Below, piece by piece: positions 33,948-43,558 of a stretch of 50,860 bases of DNA. Origin of the DNA: Candidatus Latescibacterota bacterium (lineage in GTDB: Bacteria > Latescibacterota > UBA2968 > GCA-2709665); the NCBI GenBank assembly GCA_963662665.2, contig CAXXJS010000065.1:1-50860 (forward strand), read 5' to 3'. Positions within the stretch are counted from its first letter, which is position 1; each line of letters begins with the position of its first letter. A program made the translations under genes and the position numbers. A model generated the notes under the pieces. The model was not told where the DNA came from and did no database searches. It saw nothing but the letters and a program-made list of their open reading frames with translations.

Positions 33948-34957
33948 TACGTGCGGCAGAACAACTGGCCCCGGAGGTCGGGTTGGCGAGGGCGTGCCGG
34001 GCGTTGGGTGTGGCGCGTGCTTCGGTCTACCGTGCGCGTAAGCCATCGCGATGCGGTCCTCGTAGCGCGCGGTCCTCGTCGCCACGTGCGCTTTCCCAAA
34101 ACGAGCGCGCTGCCGTGCTGGACATCCTGCACGAGGAGCGCTTCTCAGACCGGGCCCCAGCGGCAGTTTACGCCACGTTGCTGGAGGAAGGACGGTATGT
34201 CTGCTCGGTCCGCACGATGTATCGCCTGCTGCACGACGCAGGGGAGGTGCGCCAGCGGCGACACCAGCGGCGTCATCCACGTCTCGAACCCCCCCGGTTG
34301 ATGGCCAGTGCGCCCAACCAGGTCTGGACGTGGGATATCACGCGTCTGCCAGGACCCCGCAAGTGGGTGACCTTTCCCCTCTACGTCGTACTGGATCTGT
34401 TCTCCCGCTATGTCGTGGCCTGGATGGTCGCCGCAAGGGAGAGCGCCACAAACGCAAAGCGGCTTATTGCCAGCGCGTGCCAGAAGCAGGACATTCAACC
34501 CGCACAACTGACGCTGCACCAGGACCGCGGCGCACCGATGACGGCCAAGACGTTTTCGCAGTTGATGATGGATCTCGACATCCTGGCCAGCTACTCTCGA
34601 CCCCGCGTTTCCGATGACAACCCGTATTCTGAAAGCCAATTCAAGACGCTCAAATACACCCCATCATATCCCGGGCGTTTCACCGACCGGCAGGAAGCGC
34701 GCACCTATTTGCAGGCCTTCCTTCACTGGTACAACACAAAACACCGTCACAGCGGCCTGGGATTGCTCACCCCCGACACCGTCCACTATGGGCTGACACA
34801 GCAGATTCAGGCCGTCAGACAAACGGTGCTGGACCAGGCTTATCATAAACACCCTGAACGATTTGTTAAGGGGCATCCTCGTCCACCACGCGTTCCGGAC
34901 GAAGTGTGGATTAACCAACCCGAGAACACCATCGAATGCCATCAGTTACTTCACTAA
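33944..34957 (+). CDS. IS3 transposase OrfB (DDE integrase core)
   Basis: PNQVWTWDIT, LDLFSR, HQDRG, DNPYSESQFKTLK; ATGA overlap with orfA; frame is also open upstream across the A8 run. Confidence 0.93.
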   Translation: MIRAAEQLAPEVGLARACRALGVARASVYRARKPSRCGPRSARSSSPRALSQNERAAVLDILHEERFSDRAPAAVYATLLEEGRYVCSVRTMYRLLHDAGEVRQRRHQRRHPRLEPPRLMASAPNQVWTWDITRLPGPRKWVTFPLYVVLDLFSRYVVAWMVAARESATNAKRLIASACQKQDIQPAQLTLHQDRGAPMTAKTFSQLMMDLDILASYSRPRVSDDNPYSESQFKTLKYTPSYPGRFTDRQEARTYLQAFLHWYNTKHRHSGLGLLTPDTVHYGLTQQIQAVRQTVLDQAYHKHPERFVKGHPRPPRVPDEVWINQPENTIECHQLLH

Positions 34958-35222
34958 ATTCCAACGAGAGTTGTCTCATTTCTATTGACACGTTCCGTTT
35001 TCCCAAACATAAAAGACTCTGTAATTTCCGGCCCTGAAATAAAAAGTGGGGCCCGCCTTTGGCGAGTCCCTTTTCTTTCTAGAGCCCCTCGTCGCCACGC
35101 CTACCTGCAATGTTTCCAGCTTTGACGCAACCTGTGCGGCGATATCATCCCTCAGATTCTCCAACACCTTGCCCGCAGCACGTGAAAGCAAATAATCAGC
35201 CACTATTTCGACCGTTTCCTCT

Positions 35223-35420
35223 TCAGTCCTTTACGAGTTCTTCGGTCTCGTCTGCCGACATAATCTCGATCTTGCCATCCTTATAATCACGATACAGCTC
35301 AGCACCGCGCTGGCGCTCCCATGCATCGTCAACAACCTCGTCAACCCCGTCTTCAGGCCGCTCACCTCGTATCACTCTGTCAATTAGCCTAATTGCACCG
35401 TCAACAATCGCAAGACCCAC
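35223..35420 (-). CDS. Probable antitoxin (addiction-module-component-like)
   Basis: 65 aa, acidic, DDAWERQRG..YKDGKIEIMSADE; GAGGAGG RBS; directly upstream of the RelE-like gene. Confidence 0.7.
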   Translation of the reverse strand: MGLAIVDGAIRLIDRVIRGERPEDGVDEVVDDAWERQRGAELYRDYKDGKIEIMSADETEELVKD

Positions 35421-35830
35421 AATATTACCTCCTCAGTCATCTTCGCTTCTCAATCGCCAGAAACCGCCCCACGGCACTAACTGGCAAACATGTTCGTTCT
35501 CGACCTCTCTCTAAACACGGCTTTCCACAACGCATTTGGAACGACCGGCGCGTCTTTGTCATAGAGAACTTCGTCATCCTAATCGATCAGTGTTTTGTGC
35601 CTTAACATCAAGATACCGTCTTTTTGAGAATAATTCAATCCCTCCATTGTCATCTGTCGATTAAATTCGAGTGCCCAACATCTTTACCACTTAGGCAGAC
35701 CCCTCAAGGCGGATTACGTGGTCGGCGCGACAATTTTCACGAGCCACATTGAAGGTATCTTTGGGCCTGACCGATTCGGCGATCTTTAGCTGTTGGGAAA
35801 ATGATTGCCATAATTGAGGCAGGATAAATC

Positions 35831-36502
35831 ATGGAACAAGACATGCAACTGGGGAAGGTCATCATTCTGAACGGCGCCCCGCGATCGGGGAAGTCGAGCA
35901 TAGCCACCGCAATCCAGGTAGCGTCGGATGAATTGTGGATGAATCTTGGTGCAGATCGTTACATACGCATTACACCCGAACAGTATCGGCCAGGCGTCGG
36001 GCTGCGGCCGGCCGGGATTGAGAAAATGGAAGAAAAACCGTTTGCACTGAGAAAGAAGATCGAATCCCTGGTGCCGGTAATGTATGCGGCGATGTACGAC
36101 TCGATTGCGGCACACAGTCGTTTGGGTTTGAACGTCGTTACCGACGTCGGTCACCATGACGACTACGATATTCCTCAAGGAATCCTGTACGATTGCGCGC
36201 GGCGCATGGAAGGCCTTCACGTTCTGTTTGTCGGCGTGCGTTGTCCTGTTGAAATCGTGTGGGAACGACGGCGCAACACATGGCTCAAGGATCAGAAAAT
36301 TCCCGATGACACACCCCCGCCTGACAGCGTGCATCAATGGAATCGCGAAGTGCACAGACCGGGTATATACGACCTCGAAATCGACACCTCAACGATGAGC
36401 CCGGAGGCATGCGGACAGGAGATATTGAAGCATCTGATACATGGACCCCAACCCACAGCCTTCAAGAGGCTTTCTGCGATGTCGGCGCGCGACCGAATAT
36501 AA
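35831..36502 (+). CDS. Chloramphenicol phosphotransferase (CPT)-like P-loop kinase
   Basis: IILNGAPRSGKSS, GLNVVTD, VLFVGVRCP, IYDLEIDTS..SPEAC. Confidence 0.88.
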   Translation: MEQDMQLGKVIILNGAPRSGKSSIATAIQVASDELWMNLGADRYIRITPEQYRPGVGLRPAGIEKMEEKPFALRKKIESLVPVMYAAMYDSIAAHSRLGLNVVTDVGHHDDYDIPQGILYDCARRMEGLHVLFVGVRCPVEIVWERRRNTWLKDQKIPDDTPPPDSVHQWNREVHRPGIYDLEIDTSTMSPEACGQEILKHLIHGPQPTAFKRLSAMSARDRI

Positions 36503-36608
36503 CAGCGATGCCAATTTCGATTGGTGTAGAGACATCGGCTGCGAATCGCGTGCTGATAGTCTCGACCGCCATCGTCCAATTCCATCAGTCCGATACCTCA
36601 TCGCCTGC

Positions 36609-36680
36609 TCTCCACTCCGCCCAACCATACGCCATTAAATTCGGAGGGACAGTTGTCTCACCCCATATTGGCACGTAGGG
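36609..36680 (-). mobile_element. Orphan, inverted left end of a related IS3 element
   Basis: Reverse complement CCCTACGTGCCAATATGGGGTGAGACAACTGTCCCTCCGAATTTAATGGCGTATGGTTGGGCGGAGTGGAGA aligns with 33402-33472. Confidence 0.82.
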
Positions 36681-36819
36681 ATTGGATCTTTAAGGTAAGT
36701 TGTGCTATAGTATTTCTCCGAAGTAGGACAAGGTGAATTGGGCTCGTGGATCGTTTCCAGGAGCCGATTTATTGTAAATTTACCAACAGTTCTATCTCGG
36801 TTTACCACGGTCGAAAACT

Positions 36820-36853
36820 AAAAACGCTCCCGAATCCACACATTCGAGAGCGT
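36820..36853 (-). terminator. Probable intrinsic terminator of the TlpA gene
   Basis: Minus strand ACGCTCTCGAAT-loop-ATTCGGGAGCGT followed by a T run, ~75 bp after the stop. Confidence 0.6.
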
Positions 36854-36926
36854 CAATTTCCTTAACCTACCGGAATCCAGATCCGCTTTGTTTCCTACAC
36901 AAAATCTGCGTCCAAGCGACACTCAG

Positions 36927-38243
36927 TCATTCTTGCTTTGTTAATCCCATTACCCACGTCAACTGATCTTTGATGGTTGCCTTGAAATCGCTGCTCAGGC
37001 CGGTTTTTTCGTAGCGGATGTACCCTTCCCGATCCACAATACAGGTGTACGGTATTTTGTCGATTCCGAATTCGCGCTGAATCTCTTCATTGCCCATCAC
37101 GTAGGTCAGGCTGGGGGCCAACCGCGCCTTTGTGTCCGAAATGAGGTCCTTGCGCTTCCCCTTCTCCTGCGTATCCAGGTTGACGGCCAGAAACTCAACC
37201 GACTCCTGACCAAAGGTACGCTTTAAGGTCTCAAGTTGGGGCAGTTCCTCAAGACATGGACCGCACCAACTGGCCCAGAAATTGAGCAACACGACCTTCC
37301 CTTTTAGCCCATCCAGGCTCGACCGTTCATCCTTTATCGTATCTAAGACGAACGCTGGTGCCGGTCGCTTAACGCGTTCTTCGATCACGCGGGTTTTGCG
37401 CGATTCTTCAATCTCGGCCTTCAATTCGGCGTAAGCGTAAATGATCCCCTCCGCAGAGCCGAACTTACCGACATATGCCCTGCTCCACAGTTCACAAACG
37501 TCTGTACGGATCACCGAATCCTTCAGGAGTTGGCATGCGAGTTCGTAGGACGGGTCCCACCGCTCCTGCTCGATGTATAGCCTCAACAGATCCAGCCGAA
37601 TCCCGTCAACGGATTTCTGGCGAGTCGCCTGATCCGGGAAGGCCGTCACCGACAACGTCTCCGCCTGCTGCAGGCTGCGCCGGATTGCCTTTAATGCCTC
37701 CTCCGGCTGGTTCGCCAATTGGTAAGCCTGGCTCAACAGTCCGAGCCTCTTGATAACCTCCCGCTGATAATATCCGCCGCCAGTGGCCTGTATGTTCTCC
37801 GCGATTTCCAGTGACTTGTGTGCGAAATTGAGGGTTCGACTCGGGAGAATCTCCTTACCGATAAAGGTCATCACTATCTGTTTGTATAAGCCGTTTCGAT
37901 TCGGCTGTAACGCAATGGCTTCCTCAGCCAAACGAACCAGGAACCCGGGATCATCGACCAAGATGCTGTAGTGAATAAACAACCTTTCCAGCACATCTAC
38001 CTTCAAATTCGTCTTCGGATACTCTGTGCGGAATTCTTCGAGGGCGAGTATCCCATCCCATAGCTCCTTTGATTCTTTTGCAAGTGCAAGCTTCATTGTC
38101 GCCTGTGAAAAGCGCCGATGTTCCTCCGCGGAATACGTCGGCGCGCCTGCATAGACGTCCGAATTCAGAAATATCACAATCAGAATAACGATATCCATGA
38201 ATCGACTATACCTGTACTTCATTTCTACCATTGATTTCAACAT
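36927..38243 (-). CDS. Exported helical-repeat (TPR-like) + TlpA-type thioredoxin domain protein
   Basis: Hydrophobic N-terminal segment, helical middle region, APAF..LKGKVVLLNFWASWCGPC, IPYTCIVDREG; GGGAGG RBS. Confidence 0.88.
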   Translation of the reverse strand: MLKSMVEMKYRYSRFMDIVILIVIFLNSDVYAGAPTYSAEEHRRFSQATMKLALAKESKELWDGILALEEFRTEYPKTNLKVDVLERLFIHYSILVDDPGFLVRLAEEAIALQPNRNGLYKQIVMTFIGKEILPSRTLNFAHKSLEIAENIQATGGGYYQREVIKRLGLLSQAYQLANQPEEALKAIRRSLQQAETLSVTAFPDQATRQKSVDGIRLDLLRLYIEQERWDPSYELACQLLKDSVIRTDVCELWSRAYVGKFGSAEGIIYAYAELKAEIEESRKTRVIEERVKRPAPAFVLDTIKDERSSLDGLKGKVVLLNFWASWCGPCLEELPQLETLKRTFGQESVEFLAVNLDTQEKGKRKDLISDTKARLAPSLTYVMGNEEIQREFGIDKIPYTCIVDREGYIRYEKTGLSSDFKATIKDQLTWVMGLTKQE

Positions 38244-38311
38244 TCGGGCCTCCCATTACCGTCTGTCCGCCCAGAAAAGACTAAAACGCTTCTGTACGGC
38301 ATGCGCTCTAG

Positions 38312-39944
38312 GAGTCTGCGCCGCAGGAAAATTCATTTCAATGGACATGTAGTTGTAGGTATAATGGGTCGTGTAGTTGGTATATGTCAAGGGTATCGTT
38401 GTGTGTTATGTCAGGGGAGGGAGCGATCCATGCCGACAACGTTTCGACCGTATCACCCGGACCAGATATTGCTGTTGGCGCCGGATCTTCGGGAGTGGGT
38501 GCCTGAAGGTCATCTGTCGCACCAGGTGAGCGATCTGGTGGATTCCCTGGATCTGGGGTCGTTCTACGCGCCCTATGAAGGCGATGGTCGTCGCAACGCG
38601 CCATATGATCCATCGATGATGTTGAAGGTATTGATCTATGGGTACGCGACGGGAGTGTATTCGTCTCGAGCGATCGCTGGGAAGCTGGAGGAGGACGTGG
38701 CGTTTCGTATGTTGGCGGCGGGCAATTTCCCACAACACCGGACGATCTGCGAGTTTCGGCGTCGTCACCTGGAAGATTTCGGGCGTTTGTTCGTGGAGGT
38801 GGTTGGTGTGGCACGGGAGATGGGCCTGGTACGTTTCGGGACGTTATCTTTAGACGGCACGAAGGTACGAGCGAAGGCCAGCAAGCGCAAGGCCATGAGT
38901 TACGAGCGGATGTTGAAGGAACAGGCTCGTCTGGAGAAAGAGATCGGGGCGTTGCTTTCGGGTGCTGTGTCGATTGATGCCGAGGAGGATGCACGTTACG
39001 GCGTGGATGTTCGTGGCGACGAGTTGCCGGTCGAGTTGCAGCGCAGGCAGGCTCGTCTGGCGGCGATCAGGGCGGCGAGGGAGCGTCTGGAAGCATCGCA
39101 ACGAGCCGTCGACGATGCGCGCGGGCGCAAACCGGGTCAGAAGCGCAACCCGAAGGGCGGGCGGCCTTACAAAAGAGCCTATGGCGAGCCCGACCCGAAG
39201 GCTCAGAGCAACTTCACGGACCCCGAGTCTTCGGATCATGAAGACGAGCGCGGAGGGGTTCCAGCAGTGCTACAACGCGCAGACGGTGGTGGACGCCGAG
39301 CGTCAGATCATCGTGGCTGTGCATCTGGGGTCACAGGCCACCGATCAGGGCTTTATGCTCCCCTTGCTGGATGGTGTGCAAGAGACATTCGGGGTCAAGC
39401 CGGACGCGGTTCTGGCGGATGCGGGCTACTGCAACGAGGAGGACCTGGCCACGCTTGAGGAGCGTGGCATTGATGGTTACGTGGCGCTGGGGCGGGAGGG
39501 CAAGGAAAAGGTGGACGTCGATTCGGAGACGCTTCCGGCGACCCATCGCATGGGCGAGAAGCTCACCAGCCCGGAAGGTCGGGGCCTGTATGCGAAGCGC
39601 AAGTGGCTCTCGGAGGCGCCCAACGGATGGATCAAGGAGGTATTGGGCTTCCGGCGCTTCAGCTTCCGGGGCCTGGAAAAGGTGCGTGCCGAGTGGGATC
39701 TGGTCTGCCTCGCGTTGAACGTCAAGCGGATGGCAGCGTTGTCGATGTGTTGAAGCATGGGTTCGGGTGTCCTGTCCTTATGGACTCGACATACGGGAAA
39801 CCACGATCCCTGGAATCTCGCCCTCAACACGCCTGCCTGCAACGATCACCGTACCCAAAACTCATCATACCACTCCCAACATAACGACCAACCCGACTCA
39901 CGGACACACCTCGCCCTTTGTAAAAACTCCTGCGGCGCAGACTC
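38312..39944 (+). mobile_element. IS1182-like insertion sequence, 1633 bp
   Basis: 17-bp perfect IR GAGTCTGCGCCGCAGGA / TCCTGCGGCGCAGACTC; CTAG duplicated at 38308-38311 and 39945-39948. Confidence 0.92.
38430..39753 (+). pseudogene. IS1182-family transposase, frameshifted
   Basis: YDPSMMLKVLIYGY, HRTICEFR, LDGTK, NFTDPES|RIMK, YNAQ, LADAGY, RKWLSEAPNGWIK; extra T at 39230-39231 splits the frame. Confidence 0.88.
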
Positions 39945-41585
39945 CTAGACCGGTTTAAGGTGAGACTGACAAAATAAACGCCGTCCGACAGTGGCCGTTT
40001 TTCGAGCAGAAATGTATGACTTCCCACGCTTTGGATGTCGTCTACAAGCAACGCAGCCAGCATTCCCGACATATTGTAGACTTTGAGTCCCACGTGCACG
40101 GAGTCCTTAAATGCGGAGTCGGGAATTGTGTAGTTTATCGTAACCACGGAATCCGCCGGCGAATGGGACAAAGTCATTGTGGGTCTGACAGGATTGTCTG
40201 TTGAAGCTTTGCGTTGCTGCGTGACCTTCTTGGCGTCAGCGCTCTTGACCTGCCCATTTGCGATTCCCTTCTTTGCGCTTTGCTGAAGGGCAGTTCCCGC
40301 CTGTCTGGGGAGTTTGGCAGGATTGGACACGTCGACTTCATCAATCTCGATTGCCATCGGAGCGACGGCCGCCCCTGGCTGCGAATCGATTTCAGTGTCG
40401 TTATCCCACTGGACAATGGCGACGAATCCTGAATAGTAGATCCCCGTTCCCACAACAGCCGCCGTCAGGATACCTCCAGTTCGCCAGTATGGACTTCGGC
40501 CAAAGAACCGCTTTACACTCGCCCATATCGAATCCGGAGTCAAAAGGAGCATCGGCGGCAGCGCAGCCATTACCTTTCGCGTGAGTTCGGACGTCGGTCG
40601 CTGCTCCTTCAACGTCTCCTCGACAATCGGTAGCAACTCTTCCCGAAGCTGATCGCGACCGACCTGGAGCCTGCCGAGCACGGTGCTTTCCGGGACCTCA
40701 AGCATCTCGGCGATTTCCCTGTATTTCAACCCGTCCATATAGTGAAGGAGCACAACTTCGCGATACCTTTCCGGTAGCCTTTCGACGGCTCGAAGCACGT
40801 AGTTTCGCATCTCTTCCACTTCGTAGTCGCTATCCGGCGCCGTTGGCAATCGAACGAAAGACTCCGGCAGGACTTCGCTCTGAAGCGCCGCTTCGTTTGT
40901 ATTGTCCAAATCATCAATCGGTACGTTCCGCTTGCGTTTCCGAAACCACTCATTGGAAAGATTCATGGCGATACCCCGGACCCACGCGCGAAACCTGGCC
41001 GGATCCTTCAAGGATTTCAGATGCCGATATGCCTCTACGAAGGTTCCCTGGACAATGTCTTCCGCGGAGGCGAAATCTCCCGTCTTTCCCACCACCAGGG
41101 CGTACACCGTCCCCTTGTGCCGCTCAACGAGCGGTTCAAAAGCGTCCTTGTTGCCCGAAAGGACTTGCCGAACAAGTATGCCGTCTGCTTCCGTCATGTA
41201 TTCCTCGCTTCGAGGGATCTGCTTACGTTCATTCCCAGGGGCGCCCGTCTCAATTCCGGCGCCTACCATAATAGTGTCGCCTGCGGCCAGATCCTAAAAA
41301 AATACCCTTTCGCTGTTGGTTCTTCCTCCGTCATATCGGGTTCTACCCGGCACAACGGCCAATTGGCCGAACCCCTACTCTCATGGATCGATCGGGGCGG
41401 TCACACCGAGAATGGTGCTTCCCTGCTTGCCAATTCGCGCCGTGAAATCGCAGGGGCCTTGAAATACGAGGTTGCTCCTGATCGAGAGATGAATCGAGTT
41501 TGTAGAAACGATTACCACTGAATTGAGAGGTGACTCGCTCAAGACCATTTGTGCGCCGGATTCGGATACCGGTGCTTTTTTGCGC

Positions 41586-41615
41586 TTGACATCCTACGAA
41601 CGATGCTTGCATAAT
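41586..41615 (+). promoter_or_regulatory. Candidate sigma70 promoter for the MBL hydrolase operon
   Basis: TTGACA-18 bp-CATAAT ~100 bp upstream of the start. Confidence 0.55.
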
Positions 41616-41716
41616 GACAGCGGTCAGATACACGAATCCGGTTTGGAAACGGGACACAGGCCGCAGTCCAAACGCAGTCCATTTACCGTCGGAGTCGGGT
41701 GAGTATATCAAATCGA

Positions 41717-42571
41717 ATGGTCGATTCCCGGGCCGTAGGTGATATCCGCGTGACGGCGCTGGATGCCGGGCGGTTCAGTCTGGACGGGGGCACGATGTTC
41801 GGCGTGGTCCCCCGGTCGATCTGGGAAAAGAAGATTCCGCCCGACGGGCGGAACCGGATTCGACTCGGCCTGAATTGCCTGCTGGTGGAAACCGGTGCGG
41901 AGACGGTTCTGGTGGAAACCGGCATCGGCGCCGCGAAGCTGTCGCCGAAATACAGGGACATCTACGGAGCGGATCCCTCCCGAGGCGTGATCGACGGGCT
42001 TGCGGAAGCGGGTGTCGCACCGGAGGCGGTGGATCGGGTGGTGCTCACCCACCTTCACATGGACCACGCGGGCGGGACGACGGTGCGCACGGAAGACGGA
42101 TTTGAACCTGCGTTCCCGAACGCCCGGTACGTTATACAGCGACAGGAGTGGGAAGACGCCCTGGGTGCGGACCGGCAGACCGTTCGCGGGTACAACGCCG
42201 CGTCGGACCTGGTTCCGCTGGAACGCGCGGGCGTTCTGGAGCTAGTGGAGGGTGACGCCGAAGTCTGTCCCGGCGTGCGAACAATCCTGACGCCCGGACA
42301 CACGAGAGCACATCAGTCGGTCCTTATACATTCGGGAGGCGAGACGGTCTGTTTCATTGGAGACCTGGTCCCCACGAGACATCATGTGCACCCGGTTTAC
42401 ATCATGGCGTTCGACTTGTATCCGAGGCAGACGTTCGAGGTGCGGCAACAGGTGCTGACACAGGCGGCCGGAGAAGGTTGGCTGGTCGCGTGGCCGCACG
42501 ATCCGGAGCAGTACTGGGCACATATCAGGATTGACGACAGGGGTGATTTCATCCCGGTGGAGGAGCTTTGA
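41717..42571 (+). CDS. MBL-fold metallo-hydrolase (YtnP/AHL-lactonase-like)
   Basis: LDGGTMFGVVP, THLHMDHAGG, TPGHTRAHQ, IGDL, HDP. Confidence 0.92.
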   Translation: MVDSRAVGDIRVTALDAGRFSLDGGTMFGVVPRSIWEKKIPPDGRNRIRLGLNCLLVETGAETVLVETGIGAAKLSPKYRDIYGADPSRGVIDGLAEAGVAPEAVDRVVLTHLHMDHAGGTTVRTEDGFEPAFPNARYVIQRQEWEDALGADRQTVRGYNAASDLVPLERAGVLELVEGDAEVCPGVRTILTPGHTRAHQSVLIHSGGETVCFIGDLVPTRHHVHPVYIMAFDLYPRQTFEVRQQVLTQAAGEGWLVAWPHDPEQYWAHIRIDDRGDFIPVEEL

Positions 42572-42572
42572 G

Positions 42573-43535
42573 ATGGCGGTAAAAATGGTATTCTGGCCGG
42601 CGCTCGGTCCGGATTTGATGGGGCGAATCCGCGATATCGGTGTGGAGACGCACGAAGCGGCGTCCGAAGCGGCGGCGCTGGATCTGATCGGCGACGCGGA
42701 CGCGTTTTACGGACGTATGACGCCGGCGCTGCTGGCTGAGGGAAAAAGACTGCGGTGGATACAGGCCACAAGCGCGGGCCTGGACGGCTATTATTTCCCC
42801 GAACTACGGGAGAGTGCGGTTACCGTTACCAATTTGCGCGGTATTTACAGTGACGTACTCGCCGAACACGTGTTCGCGTTCCTGCTCTCGCTGGCCAGGG
42901 GCATTCCGGTCTATTTCCGGCGTCAACTGGACGGGCGGTGGGAAAAAAACGCCGCGCCGGTGATCCACGTGGCAGGCACCACCCTGGGTGTGCTGGGTCT
43001 GGGCGGCATCGGACTCGAGGTTGCCAGGCGCGGCCATGCGTTCGGAATGCGCGTGCTGGCGCTGGACCCCGCCCCGAAAGCGCGCCCGGACCACGTCGAG
43101 CGGATCTACAGCATGGACGAGTTGCATGAAATGCTGGGTGAATTGGATTTCTTCGTCATCTGCGCCCCGCATACCGGCGAGACCGATCGGATGATTGACG
43201 CCGCGGCACTGAAGGCGATGAAGTCGAGCGCCATATTCATCAACATCGGACGGGGGAAGGTGGTGGACCTCGCCGCGCTGACACGGGCGCTCCAAAAGGG
43301 CGAACTGGCCGGCGCGGGTCTGGATGTTTTCGAAGAAGAGCCCCTGGCAGAGGGACACCCGCTCTGGGCGATGGAGAACGTGATGATTACGCCGCACGTC
43401 GGCGCCGAGTCGGACCGGATCGAGGACCGGCGCATCGAACTGATCCTGGACAATATGCGGCGGTTCCGGGACGGAAGGCCGCTGTTGAACGTGGTGGATA
43501 ATAAAAAGGGATACGTGGTTGCGTTGAATCAATAA
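42573..43535 (+). CDS. D-2-hydroxyacid dehydrogenase
   Basis: GVLGLGGIG, INIGRG, LDVFEEEPL, TPHVG; GGAGGAG RBS. Confidence 0.92.
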   Translation: MAVKMVFWPALGPDLMGRIRDIGVETHEAASEAAALDLIGDADAFYGRMTPALLAEGKRLRWIQATSAGLDGYYFPELRESAVTVTNLRGIYSDVLAEHVFAFLLSLARGIPVYFRRQLDGRWEKNAAPVIHVAGTTLGVLGLGGIGLEVARRGHAFGMRVLALDPAPKARPDHVERIYSMDELHEMLGELDFFVICAPHTGETDRMIDAAALKAMKSSAIFINIGRGKVVDLAALTRALQKGELAGAGLDVFEEEPLAEGHPLWAMENVMITPHVGAESDRIEDRRIELILDNMRRFRDGRPLLNVVDNKKGYVVALNQ

Positions 43536-43558
43536 CGGCGCGGAAAAGGAGGCTTGCG

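Larger units (their letters stand above)
33402..34997 (+). mobile_element. IS3-family insertion sequence, 1596 bp
   Basis: Ends CCCTACGTGCCAATATAGAGTGAGACAACT / AGTTGTCTCATTTCTATTGACACGTTCCG; TTT at 33399-33401 and 34998-35000; orfA+orfB. Confidence 0.9.
33338..35203 (-). pseudogene. RelE/ParE-family toxin interrupted by the IS3 element (fragments ~34998-35203 and 33338-33401)
   Basis: 5' part ...FRAGNYRVFYVWE and 3' part NQKAVVLSIETRQVAYKRKR* lie on opposite sides of the IS; removing the IS and one TTT restores an 88-aa frame. Confidence 0.85.
38256..41197 (-). pseudogene. ECF sigma-70 factor fused to a TM helix and a T9SS-sorting/FlgD-Ig-like domain, interrupted near its 3' end by the IS1182-like element (parts 39945-41197 and 38256-38307)
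   Basis: AEDIVQGTF, LKDPARFRAWVRGIA, LPERYREVVLLHY..EIAEML..STVLGRL; TM GILTAAVVGTGIYYSGFVAIV; INYTIP..VGLKVYNMSG..LLVD..GSH..LSDGVYFVSL. IS removal gives an in-frame ...NRSRAHAVQKRFSLFWADRR* (434 aa). The current allele reads into the IS to a stop at 39824. Confidence 0.85.

Noticed and set aside
35729-35755. CGGATTACGTG...GCGACAA as a possible right end pairing with the orphan IS end at 36680
   Set aside because: Similarity to the real right end is too weak to call
35831-36502. Calling the CPT-like gene a chloramphenicol resistance determinant
   Set aside because: The family is widespread with mostly unknown substrates; sequence alone cannot establish resistance
38301-38429. N-terminal extension of the IS1182 ORF
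   Set aside because: Starts outside the IR; the ATG at 38430 has an RBS and a typical N-terminus
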